The position numbers and the translations under genes are program-made. Below, one piece after another: positions 39,327-51,331 of a stretch of DNA of 64,000 nucleotides. The notes under the pieces are model-generated. The model saw only the letters and a list, made by a program, of their open reading frames with translations, did not search any database and had not been told where the DNA came from. How positions within the stretch are numbered: the stretch's first letter is position 1; the number at the start of each line of letters is the position of its first letter. Source of the DNA: Octopus vulgaris (taxonomy: Eukaryota); assembly GCA_951406725.2 (NCBI GenBank), contig OX597823.1, forward strand, positions 71,176,001 through 71,240,000. Direction: 5' to 3'.

Positions 39327-39900
39327 ACGGTGAATGATGGGTAGGAGGTTGAAATACTCGTACATGATGGAGATGTAGCTTGTCTATTTAAATTTCGAAA
39401 TGTTCAGCTAGTTATATACTGGATTATAAAAAGACAACGAAATAGTAATTAAAATTCCCTTCTTTATTAATTAGAAAGCAAATAAAGTACAATGCTGTTT
39501 TCTTTCCTATAGTGTTGGGCAAGTTTTAAAGGTTTCGAAACTTTTCTAGAATCCAACACGAAAACACAGTCCAAAACTGTAAGCTAATGTGAGTTTGTAA
39601 GATAAAAGATTCGTTTTTTTTCCAGTAAAAATGCGATTAATTGAATCAAGAAAAGTAAAGCACAAGAGGTGGGAGCCTTTAAATATTACATTTGAAATTG
39701 AAATTGAGATTGTGATAATATATTGTTTTTAGCGTTATACAAATGAGAAAATATACCCCTTTACGGAATCTATATCGCTGTATGAAAAAAAAAATTCTAC
39801 AAAAAATCTTCCTTATAAACTACGGTAAATGATGAGAAGGAGGTTGAAATACTCGTTTATGACGGAGGTGTAGCTTGTCTATTTAAATTTCAAACTGTTC
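39327..39900. repeat. ~80-bp dispersed direct repeat (39327-39405 / 39822-39900)
   Basis: ACGGT.AATGATG...AGGAGGTTGAAATACTCGT..ATGA.GGAG.TGTAGCTTGTCTATTTAAATTTC occurs twice. Confidence 0.8.
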
Positions 39901-40331
39901 GTTGAGTTTCCTCTCATGATTTTCCAGCTATAGCTGAACTGATATTTAGTTATACACCTAGTGGTGGGAAAGAGAGATTAAAATGCACTTTAATTTGCTT
40001 AGTAACAAGCAGTAATATTCTGTCAGCTTAGAAATAAGATATACGCAGAGTGTTTATTTTTATGAGGTTTACCTTCTCCCACTGAAAATGAAAATTAATC
40101 TTCATTAAATACAATTTGGAATCTTAACCCATGAAATTCTTAATACCGAACATCTTTAGACTCATAAAATACAAAACCTTCTTACCGCCAATGTCTTCTA
40201 TAAAGCTTGACCATCAAACTTCTTTACACTTAATTTATCTTCCTCAGATCCACCATAAACCATTGGGTATAATCTCAATAAGACATGCACAAGTGAGGGT
40301 GCTGTGGTAGAAAGAGAATGATTCTGCAATT

Positions 40332-40925
40332 TTTCTTATTGCCCACACGGGGCTAAACATAGAGGGGGCAAACAAGGTCAGACAAAGGTATTAAGTCGAT
40401 TACATCGACTCCAGTGCATAACTGGTACTTAATTTATCGACCCCAAAAGGATGAAAGGCAAAGTCGACCTCGGCGGAATTTGAACTCAGAACGTAACGGC
40501 AGACGAAATACCTATTTTTTACTACCCACAAGGGGCTAAACGTAGAGGGGACAAACAAGGACAGACAAAGGTATTAAGTCGATTACATCGACTCCAGTGC
40601 GTAACTGGTACTTAATTTATTGACCCCAAAAGATGAAAGGCAAAGTCGACCTCGGCGGAATTTGAACTCAGAACGTAACGGCAGACGAAATACCTATTTC
40701 TTTACTACCCACAAGGGGCTAAACACAGAAGTGACAAACGAGGACAGACAAAGGGATTAAGTCGATTATATCGACTTAGTGCCTAACTGGTACTTATTTA
40801 ATTGACCCCGAAAGGATGAAAGGCAAAGTCAACCTCGGTGGAATTTGAACTCAAAACGTAACGGCAGACGAAATACGGCATCGCATTTCGCCCGGCGTGC
40901 TAACGTTTCTGCCAGCTCGCTGCCT
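40332..40925 (-). mobile_element. SINE family C tandem trimer (one full unit plus two headless ~179-bp units)
   Basis: Three repeats of CCCACAAGGGGCTAAAC...GAAAGGCAAAGTCGACCTCGGCGGAATTTGAACTC...GACGAAATAC; only the last continues into the tRNA head. Confidence 0.9.
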
Positions 40926-41702
40926 TGTGGCCCCTGCAAATTTAACATTACCAACATGCTGCTCATGTGTACACTCGTCTTTCCTATAATCTTTTCTCTA
41001 CCTTCTTTTCCCATTTGAAATCTACCTCCACCAATTTTTTCTTAAATTACTCAAATTCAGGTTCCAACTTCAGTGGCAATATTTTAAAGCTTCCAATTCT
41101 TGACCGGTGCTTTGCATTAATAAAGTAATCTTTTCTTGATATATCAACAACAGTTACCGCTTAAGACTAAATCGCTTTTTATTACAAAGTCTTACACATA
41201 TACAAAATACAATGGTTGTGCTAAACAGACGGATTGGTTAATTATTAAGATTGGGATTATTGAATACTGTCTGATATCTCGTAAGACTTTCGTTTCATGT
41301 CGACTTATCTACTTATCTTATCTATTGAGCTGTATTGTAAAAATTTCAAATGTTTCAATAAATAAAAAAATAAAACAGTTTATATTGAGAATCGAAACAT
41401 TGTGAATGACATCTAAAAGCAGCTTTTTCATGAATAGAAGCAATTAAATGATATTTGAATATAATCCATCATCCACTTGTATTTCATGTCCACTTGTATA
41501 TATATTTCTTTTATAAAGAATTCGTTATCAATTCATGCCAGTCGTATTTAATATTATGGAATATTAGAAAGTTCTTCGTAATGCCAATGTTCATACGAAA
41601 GAAGAAAGAGATGATACATAATCCATAACCTTCTTTGATAATTGTAAGCTGAAGTTGAACATTTGTAGGAAACATAATATACTAATTTCCTGTGATATAT
41701 TC

Positions 41703-41913
41703 GTTTCAAATTTTAACACAAAGCCAGTAATTTAAGGGATGGGGTTAGTCGATCACATTGACTGCAGTGCTCAACTTGTATTTTATTTATCGACTCCGAA
41801 AGGATTAAACGCAAAGTCGGCCTCGGCGAAATTTGAACTTAGAATAAAAATATGGACGAAATGCCGCTAAGCATTTTCCTCGGGTTCTAACGATTCTGTC
41901 AGCTCGTCGCCTT
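41703..41913 (-). mobile_element. SINE family C copy (short-tail variant)
   Basis: Same head and central domain as 40692-40925, different 3' tail. Confidence 0.85.
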
Positions 41914-41953
41914 ACTTGCCTGTAATATATTGCAGGAAGCTTAACAACTACAG

Positions 41954-42850
41954 AATAATAATAAGGATTTTATTCAAGCCATAAGGGTCAAACATAGAGG
42001 GGACGATAGGAAATGAACACGGTGTCAGGAAGCGTATGGAAATACATAGAAATGAACAATAAAAAATTTATAATAAAACGAATAAAACACAAACAATACA
42101 ACAATACAATGGAATGGGGGGGGGTACGACCCCGCAAGACACGTTCCTCCATTGGACTTTTTGGCTTACCTTTCATGGTTTACACTCACGCAGGGCCTTT
42201 CATCCTCAGCATGTATACCACTTGCTTCCATCTTTTACCATACGTATCTGATGAAAGGTACCTCCTCTCTAGCCTTATTATTCTGCGTAGAAGGAAATTA
42301 AAAATAAGTTTACCAATCCTTGATCAAAGATGAAGATACCTGACACCAATCCTTTCATTCGTGTCCTCCATATAGCCCCTATCGCTGTAGCGACCACTAC
42401 GAGGAAATAAACCTTACCTTCTCTTTTCAGAGAATGGGGGTGGAAAATCTTTATAACTGAGACGGACAACAGCTGTACTCTTCCCAGACGTGACAGCAGT
42501 CGTTTGACATAAACCCACAGCTCTGCAATCCCCGAACACCGCACAAATGCGTGCGGGACAGTTTCACTGTCTCGCCCACATCTTGGGTAGTTGGGTGAGC
42601 ATGAGGAACCATGCCTTGCGAGTTTATCTTGAACTGGTAAGGCTCCTCGGTAACGTTGCCAGGCTAAGGACGTCTGAAAGTTGTTCAAGGGTCCCGGCCC
42701 GAATGTCCTTTGGAACAGGCTGTCCAGTAGATAATCGTCGACGCCCAGGGTTTCTCCCAGGGCGTCATCACATTTGGCCCCTACCAACCCTCTATAGAAT
42801 GACGAGATGGAACCCACGCTACCAGCATTATCTACAGAATTATAGCTAAA
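41954..42850 (-). mobile_element. Tx1/L1-like LINE 3' end with zf-RVT-type C-terminal domain
   Basis: SLAWQRYRGALPVQDKL...PRCGRDSETVPHAFVRC..IAELW; 3' UTR ends CCCCTCTATGTTTGACCCTTATGGCTTGAATAAAATCC(TTA)n. Confidence 0.85.
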
Positions 42851-43562
42851 CACTTATTTCTTATACTTGAAGTAAACAATAAATGCAAGAAGCTGGATAG
42901 TTTGATGTTTTCTGAGGTCTGTGTTTTTAGGTGTTTGTATTCGAAATGACATGGAGAATATCCACACCGTTTGTCATCGTATTAGAATGCAAATAGAATT
43001 AATCTTCACGTGCCGATAAGCAGTGATCGAAAACTACACGTTAGTTACATCCTGTATTATGCCGCACCTTTAAAATGAAAACTGCTGATAGCCTTAAGCA
43101 ACAGACGCCCTAAGGGATAGACATAAAAAAGAGACAAGTTGTTATTTAGTTTCAAACCAACCTAAATCTTTTTAACGATAACAGCTTCCTTCAGAAATCA
43201 ATAATTATTTAGACACGAAATCGACCTTTTCAAGAAATTGCATTTAACTACTCCTGAGGAGATATCGTTGCCCACTTTTGGATTTGGAGGAAAGATAAAT
43301 CTGACAGTTGAAATCAATTTATTGTAGAAGAACAAGACATGATGCCTGGCACTCCTCTGCAAATGACTATACTATTTAATGAGACGTTCTATATCTTAGG
43401 CGTTATGTCGCTGAAAACAGATTACTTAGCATATCAAGCTGTTGAATTTGTTCCAATTTATAAAATTTCCTTTTTAGATCATTCGACACGAGCTGGAATT
43501 TTTTCTGCTCATTTTTTTTTTTTTTTGCATTTGTTTCATAACGTTTGATAAAATATTTTGAA

Positions 43563-44113
43563 CTAGCAGTATAACCCGGCTTTGCCCGGGATTAAGTTAC
43601 GATTATTAAGCTCTCCCTTTTTCTCTCTCACTTTGTCTTTACCTTTTTTTTTGTTAGACGCTGTCAAACTCTCTGCTTCTCCCACTTTTCTTTACCTTGT
43701 TTTTTTTTGTTAGACGCTGTCAAACTCTCTCCCACTCTCCCTTACACATACTTTTTCTTTACTCTTTTGTTAGACGTTGTGAAACACTCTCTCTCCCTCA
43801 CACACACATACATCAATACACAACTTCTCTCTCTCACACACACACACACACTTTCGCCTGGCTATGGCTAGAAGGGACTTGACTCATGTTAGCAACCTTC
43901 AGAATTGGTAAAAGCTATGGTTGAAAATAGATTTTTACCGCTATCCCCAGGTGCCTCGAGAACAAATAAGTTAACAAAACCCAAGTAGGGTGGTAACAAA
44001 TGTCCTCCTAAAATTGGAGCGACATGCGTGCTAATTTGTGGACGTGCATAAATTACATTCACCTGCACACATACACACACACACACACACATCCTGCCTT
44101 TTATAGATACAGA
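43563..44113 (-). mobile_element. Non-autonomous Helitron
   Basis: Minus-strand 3' hairpin CCCGGGCAAAGCCGGG followed by CTAG; 5' TC-like start near 44113; internal tandem TTTGTTAGACGCTGTCAAACTCTC. Confidence 0.75.
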
Positions 44114-44447
44114 TATTCCCTTCATGTAATAGCGTTTTTACTTAGTTGTGTTTGTCTTTTGTATGTGAAAGTTCATTCTGCTTCCTTAATGATTTGAGTA
44201 GTTTTAACTTACATATATTAAAATGCAATGAGCTTTCACATCGGTCTCGCTGGCAGGAGGAAGCTAAATCAACAAACGGTAACAATCAGAGATGCTGAAT
44301 GCAGGTGGATTGTAGTGAGAGGTTTTACTCAGAAGTTGTTGTGCAATTTTTTATCGTAAATAATATTTGCCTTAACAAATTCAAAACCGTATATAAATAT
44401 ATACGAAGTTCCATATTACACTTTTTTATTTTCAAAATAGCGTTCAC

Positions 44448-44505
<58 letters not shown>

Positions 44506-45818
44506 TGTGTGTGTGTACATGCATCGTCTTATATAATATATATGAATATGAGTATGTATGTATGAGCGTGTATGCGTATATGTATATGTAAGTGAGCATG
44601 TGTGTGTATGGATAAGTCCGTGGCTGGAAGTTTGCTGCTCAACCACCCTATATAGAACCGGGCTAAACAAAGCCCTGGGAGCGAATTTGGTGGACGGAAA
44701 CTGAAAGATACCCGTATGTATGACTTTGTGCCTGTGTTTGTATCCCAGACCACTTCTTGATTTGATATATATATATATAAATTAAGATAAAGACAAGATG
44801 CTTTCCTTCACAACCTTGGTACAAAGCAGGTGGTCGATCGAAATATATTATGAATAAAATAAAATAAAATAAAAAACAAGAGAACATACATACATACGCA
44901 CTTTTCTCAGGTTAAAAATGTCATATTGTTTTTGTTGTCTGATTTCTAACGATGGAACTTTGTATCTTTGTTAGAAACCAGTTCCTTCCTCAGAGAAAGA
45001 ATTTAAATGGTTAAAAAACAGAAAGCATACATATATACATACATTCATACAAAACCCTCTATAGCATATAACATCGAACTCGAAACTCGCAGGATATTAC
45101 ATTTAATCTTTTTATATTAGATACACATAGACACACACACATATATATGTGCACACACACACACATACACACATATATGTTACGTGTGTGTGTATGTGTG
45201 TATGTGTGTCTGTGTGTGTGTAGGAGTATCTGTACGTATCTGTGAACACCTATGTTCCAAACAAGGTTAAGAAAATAACACTCGATTATGAAAGCCTGAA
45301 TAAATATAGGTTTTTATTGAAGCAGTAAAAATTCACAAATCGCTTCACGTAATTGAGCATCGTACAGAAGAGAACTTGTGAAACAATGCAATAATCTAAA
45401 AAAAAAACTATAGTAAAACTCACTTTACAATTAATCTAACAAACATATAAAACTATATATCACACTCCCGTTGTTTTTTCTTTTTTTTTTATCTTTTTCT
45501 TCTTTTTAACCGAAATGCATCGAAGTATAATTGCGTTGCTGATATATTTTTAGCTTTAACGTTTTAATAGCTTTCACGCCTCACTATTATCTCCCATCTT
45601 CTCTCTATCTCTTTTCTTACAAAACCTTTCAGCTGCTATATTTCTACACCTTACCCTATAACAAATTGTTTATTTGCCCTTGTTTTTAATTTTACTGTTA
45701 AGTGAACTCCAAAATAGTTTTTGCTTGCATCTTCCCTTGATTTTCTCCTTCATCAAGACATAACGCATCACTTTATTCGAATAAATTGGCTCGTATATTG
45801 TTTATCTTAATTTAGTCA

Positions 45819-46014
45819 TCAACGAAGCGAGCTATCAAATACATTCCATTGATTGCGGAATGTGACAACCTCTTGTCCAATCAGCTTCAAGTGTTTTTGA
45901 TTCTTTATCAACTGGTTCTCAGAGCAGTATTCCTCTTCTACATCTTGATCGGTTACTTCTCGTAATCCATCAAGTAACCGATCTCCCGACAGAAAAGAAC
46001 TTTCATATAACGAC
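45819..46014 (-). CDS. Probable terminal coding exon of an unidentified host gene
   Basis: Acceptor TTTTATTTTATAG, then 1 nt plus 64 sense codons SLYESSFLSGDRLLDGLREVTDQDVEEEYCSENQLIKNQKHLKLIGQEVVTFRNQWNVFDSSLR and TGA; complex non-repeat sequence. Confidence 0.5.
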
Positions 46015-46111
46015 CTATAAAATAAAATTCTCCAACTTCAAAAAAACTCTCTCTATTTCTCTCTCTCTCTCTCTCTATTTATCTATTTATCTATCTCCCC
46101 GTCTCTATACA

Positions 46112-46170
<59 letters not shown>

Positions 46171-46175
<5 letters not shown>

Positions 46176-47049
46176 AATTAAGGACTGAACAGGAAAAAGT
46201 GGACAGTCAACATGCTAGATATAGACGTCAAATCGCCATTCTCCACAAAGATTTTGTTCTCAAATAAAAATAAAATTCAGCACGACCTAAAGCAATGGTC
46301 GAATTCCATTTCGTATATTTCTTTTGTCTCATCCATTGCTTTAGGTCGTGCTGAATTTTATTTTTATTTGAGAACAAAATCTTTGTGGAGAATGGCGATT
46401 TGACGTCTATATCTAGCATGTTGACTGTCCACTTTTTCGTGTTCAGTCCTTAATTGGTATATATAAATATTTTAATCTTCGGATTCTTTTTAATGTGCTA
46501 GACCACTGGTTTTAATTGACTAATATCAATTTTTACCCTTAATTTTTAAATATGAAATATATGTTCTCAAACCGATAAATTGACTGCTGCTAATTATTAG
46601 CTGCAGGCTGGTTTTTCGATTATCAGCGCGCCAAAAGTAGAGGCATTTGAAAGATACATCCGAACGTAATAGGTCGTACTTTTTGCATGCGGGACTCCGG
46701 TACCGTTTTTCATCTAGTACAACATATTATTCTCATAACAAACTACGCTGACGAAGCTACAGATATCCTTGTGATATTAATAGCTGAAACTGTACGGTAC
46801 GTAGGTGATTATTCCATTTCGTATATTTCTTTTGTCTCATCCATTGCTTTAGGTCGTGCTGAATTTTATTTTTATTTGAGAACAAAATCTTTGTGGAGAA
46901 TGGCGATTTGACGTCTATATCTAGCATGTTGACTGTCCACTTTTTCGTGTTCAGTCCTTAATTGGTATATATAAATATTTTAATCTTCGGATTCTTTTTA
47001 ATGTGCTAGACCACTGGTTTTAATTGACTAATATCAATTTTTACCCTTA

Positions 47050-47056
<7 letters not shown>
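46171..47056 (+). mobile_element. Non-coding hammerhead-containing retroelement: 5' inversion plus 1.5-mer of a 508-nt unit, inserted in (TA)n
   Basis: Inverted repeat 46171-46298 / 46333-46460; direct repeat 46303-46548 / 46811-47056; hammerhead at 46743-46804; (TA)n on both flanks. Confidence 0.8.
46743..46804 (+). ncRNA. Canonical type I hammerhead ribozyme
   Basis: CTACG-CTGACGA-AGCTA...TAGCT-GAAAC-tgtacg-GTA-CGTAG: all core nucleotides and stems I and II intact; predicted cleavage after 46799. Confidence 0.9.
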
Positions 47057-47096
<40 letters not shown>

Positions 47097-47099
<3 letters not shown>

Positions 47100-47629
47100 G
47101 GTGTCCCAAAAAAATGTATACACTTGCTGCAACAGTCTGTCATGCCAAGCATTAGAGAAGACTTTGAACAGGAAGAGTTTTATTTCCAGCAAGATGGAGC
47201 ACCTCCACACTACCATCGCGATGTTAGATCCTTTCTTGATGGGATCTTGTCAAACAGGTGGATTGGGCGGAGAGGTTTTGTCGAATACCCTCCACGTTCA
47301 CCAGACCTCACATCACTAGACTTCTTTTTGGGGATACCTAAAGGACAAAGTCTACGCACAGAAACCTGCAACAGTCGTTCAATTGAGGGCAACCATTGAA
47401 CATGAATGTACGAATATTCCAAGGGAATTGTTCCATGATGTGTGCCATTCCATCGCTTCGCGTTGTCAGCAGTGTCTGGAGCAGAACGGACATCAGTTTG
47501 AGAACATGCGATAACAAGACAATAGAATGATATTTGTAAATTCTTTTACATGTTGAAATTATTCGAATTATAATAAATCCCAAATTTACAATTATTTAAG
47601 GTGTGTATACATTTTTTTGGGACACCCTG
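47097..47629 (+). mobile_element. Internally deleted Tc1-like transposon
   Basis: TIRs CAGGGTGTCCCAAAAAAATGTATACAC / GTGTATACATTTTTTTGGGACACCCTG; FQQDGAPPH...RWIGR...PPRSPDLTSLDFF. Confidence 0.95.
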
Positions 47630-47769
47630 TATATATCAACGTGTATGTGTGTGTGCATGTGTGTGTGCATATGTGTGTGTGTATGTATATACGTATGTAT
47701 GTATGTACTTATTTCTTGTTTCAGTCACTTGATTGTGGCCATGCTGGAGCACCGCCTGAAACGTATAAT

Positions 47770-48275
47770 TTGATGGTCAACTATGGTACAAAGGAGTCTC
47801 TTCAGTCTAGATGTATACTTGTCAACAGAAGCTTTACACATTCACACACATGCAATATACAAAAAAGAAGAAAAACAACCTAGCACTTGCACCTAAATAC
47901 ACCCACATGAAAAACTTATACACCTTTCCTGAATACGACTATATAAAGTTTCTAAAATTTTGCCATAACACTGTTCTAGACATATTGAAAAAGGCCACCA
48001 AAGAGACGCATGCAGGCATTCCAAAGCAGTCAAAAAACGGATTCATACTTTGAAACTAAGCTATCTTCAACAGTCACACATACAAATACACATAGTTACA
48101 ACAGTACCCGTACAACCAATACAACTCAGTGACAAACTGTTGTGTGGACACCCCCAGACGATGAAGTAGGCTAGCTGAAACGTAGATATAGAGGGAGAAA
48201 TCTAGACGTCAGACAGTTGAGTACTGTCCTTTTTTGTCTCCCTCTATTTTGAGCCCTTGCGGCTAATAAAGAAAA
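47770..48275 (+). mobile_element. Degenerate retroelement 3' remnant, possibly a PLE GIY-YIG end with a decayed minimal hammerhead
   Basis: Weak VLDIEKGHQR-like segment; CAGACGA...GAAACGTA at ~48155-48184; ends in a CCCTCTATTTTGAGCCCTTGCGGCTAATAAAG tail. Confidence 0.3.
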
Positions 48276-48969
48276 GAGAGCAGTTGAGTAGCAGCCAGAG
48301 TAGAGTGGAGTCGAGTTGAGTAGAAGGCATCCGAACGTGTTCATACAACTACAACATTAATACACAAATGTATACGAAAACCCAGCATGCACATTCATAC
48401 AAACATACATTTAACTTTCACGTATATCCACGCGTACACGCATACAATCGTTGTAAATGTACCCACTGTGAGCCAAAAGCAAGGTGACACCACACACTAC
48501 AAAATAATACACATACGCACGCACGCACGCACGCATGAGGCCAATACACCAATTTGTGTATTGTATTCAACTTCACAAGTGCATGCCGCAAACTTTGAAA
48601 ATATAGATTTTCTGCAATTCAACAGCACGACAATATTTACTTATAAAAACGCTTTTACGTAAGCCTTACAGAAAATCAAAGTAAACTCACATACAAACAC
48701 CTTATTACACAACACCAAAACCACAAACACACACTTACATAGATATACGTAACTCACGCACGCAAAAACAACACACGTATAAGATTCGCACATAGGAAAT
48801 GGTAGCATTCGTACACACATTCTATTGTTATACACTCATACACGTACACATAAAACCATATACAAATGCAATACTAATACATTCAGCTGTACTAAGCGTA
48901 CACTCGCAGACATTCAAAACACACCACCAGGCAAAAAGCAATCAAAAAAAGACATATTAATAATTATTA

Positions 48970-49030
<61 letters not shown>

Positions 49031-49428
49031 ATTTAGTTCTCCCATTTTAAAAGAAATACGCAGCATATTGCATACACAACGTAGCAACAAAACAACATTT
49101 CTAAAGCAACTTCCACATCCTTCCATGCACTGACGCGCTACCTCCATAGCTATCGTCATTACCGCGCTTCCTTCTTTCTTTTCTTTCTCGCTTCGGTATT
49201 TTTCAAATGACATTCACATGTTATACACCAGTGGACATTCTGTCTTGGCGGTTTTTCTTTCCATTTCCCTTTTTTCTTTCCTCTTATTTCATCTCTTCTC
49301 ATGGAGATCATAGAGAGTTTACTTTCGAAACGCCAAGCACTTATTTCATCTTGTCTTTCATAATATTTCCGTGGTTACAAACAGCTTTGTGTGCGTGCGT
49401 GCGTGTGTGTGAGTGTGTGTGTGTGTGT

Positions 49429-49465
<37 letters not shown>

Positions 49466-49535
49466 CGTATGTGTGTCTGTACGCACACGCACACACATAC
49501 ATTTATACATGTATTCATGTATACTAGTATATATG

Positions 49536-49598
49536 TTCGTGTGTGTAGTCCGGTGTTTCGGATTCCAGGCGACTCGGGTTCGATTCCCGGCATGAAAA
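49536..49598 (+). pseudogene. tRNA-Glu-like pseudogene lacking the anticodon loop
   Basis: GGATTCCAGGCGACTCGGGTTCGATTCCCGGCATGAAAA resembles eukaryotic tRNA-Glu (GGATTCCTGGTTTTCACCCAGGCGGCCCGGGTTCGA.TCCCGG) with the anticodon arm deleted. Confidence 0.5.
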
Positions 49599-49687
49599 CG
49601 TATATTTTCTTATAGGCACAGGCGTGACTGCGTGGTTAAGAAGCTAGGTTCCCAACCACGTTGTCTTGGACCGATATGTGTGTGTCT

Positions 49688-49763
<76 letters not shown>

Positions 49764-50188
49764 CGGGCTTCTTTCAGCTTTCGTAAGCTAAATCCACTTA
49801 GAAGGCTTTGATCGGGCCGGGGCCGAAACCATGACTTTCCTTTCCTTTTCGATTTAACCCATTACTAATGATGAAGGGAGTCAGACTAAGCTTTCAACAG
49901 AGGAAATTTAACCTGAAGCATGGCTAGAAGTTTGAAAAAACAATCGAAGTGAAAAAGGCAGTTTAAAATGGCGTTTCATGTTTGAAGCAGGTGGAATTCT
50001 TCAAAGTGTCCACAAGAAATGTTCCGGATAACTGAGAACATCGACGGGCCTCATAAAAAGGTAGTTGAAAGATATTGCTAGAGTTAGAGAAAATCTGTAT
50101 AGTAGGCGAATCGTGAGAAAGGAATTTCAAAAGCAAGCGCCCACAACATTTTGAAGAGCTGTCATTGGAAAAAATTATAGTCCATGTA

Positions 50189-50754
50189 TTGGGTTGTCAG
50201 GAAAGTTCGTGCCGATTTTTAAAGGAAAGAAAAAGGTCAATAAATACTTGCCATTACACTTTTAATCAACCAAAGATGAACCATTCTGTTGCACAATGCG
50301 TCTCCATCTTTCCTTTAACTTGAATGTACCCTCTTCTCAGAATTGGGGTGGTTTCATGGCAAAGAATTCATCACGGTATATTTTTACGTCATTCAAGGAA
50401 TTGAAATTTTTACCATTGAGACTATTCTGCAGAGACCTGAATAAGTGGAAATCCGAAGGAGCAATATCTGGTGAATATGGAGGGTGGGGTAACACATCCC
50501 AGCCGAGCTGCAGCAATTTTTGTCTGGTTCCCAAAGCATCAAGTGCCGAAAATGAACTTTCTTATCTCTCATTTTAAAGGGTTACAAAATTAACACAGGT
50601 TATAGGAACATAAACCTCCTTCCACGAAAAGATAGCTTAAACTGTGCTCTAAATGGAGGTGTAGTCAAATCCTATTTTATGGACTCCACCATGTTTTAAA
50701 ATAAGTCGAAAGGTAAGCTACTATAAATTGACACGAACTTTCCGGACAACCCAG
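50189..50754 (-). mobile_element. Internally deleted mariner element
   Basis: TIRs TTGGGTTGTCAGGAAAGTTCGTG / CACGAACTTTCCGGACAACCCAG with flanking TA; LGWDVLPHPPYSPDIAPSDFHLFRSLQNSL. Confidence 0.95.
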
Positions 50755-50799
50755 TATAATCCATGCTCTCAATAAAGATGAACCAGATCGAGGAATGGC

Positions 50800-51331
50800 C
50801 CTTGGTATAATGTGTTGAAGATGCACACTTTCCAACAAAGACGTTTTGGAGTGATTAAGTTACATTTAAGCCAAACATGCACCTGCTGGGAACCTGAGAA
50901 TCCAGTTATTAAGAAGGAACATCTTATTAATTTATTAAGTATCATTGTATGGTGCGATTTATCATCAAAAAGATTAATTGGACCTTTCGATTTTTTACGG
51001 TATTGTAACTGGTCCGATTTACTTGAACTTGCTGTAACAATCTGCCACGCCATGTATTCAAGAGGGCCTCGAAGATGTGAAGTTTATTTCCAGCAAGATG
51101 AGACACCCCTCCCGATACCATAGTAATGTAAGAATCATTACTTCACGTTACTAGCAGTGCCTGAACCAGAACATTGTCCAAGCATTGCTGCTAACTGGAA
51201 CTAATGAACATGTGTGCATAAAAAATTAAGTTGTTTGAAGATTCTATTCAATTTTGATAACGAAATGCATTTTAATATGCACTGACTTTATAATCTTTCA
51301 ATGTGTGTATACCTTTTGGGGATACACCCTG
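50800..51331 (+). mobile_element. Tc1-like transposon relic
   Basis: WEPENP...VWCDLSSKRLIGPF...FQQD; ends with GTGTATACCTTTTGGGGATACACCCTG, similar to the TIR at 47629. Confidence 0.75.

Noticed and set aside
40332-40925. CRISPR-like interpretation of this array or of 58305-58815
   Set aside because: Eukaryotic context, no cas genes and no unique fixed-length spacers; the repeats are SINE units and a minisatellite.
46212-46911. Near-identical ORFs on both strands (MLDIDVKSPF...SLWRMAI)
   Set aside because: An artefact of the inverted and direct repeats; the frames are not conserved in the related elements at 1164 and 61600.
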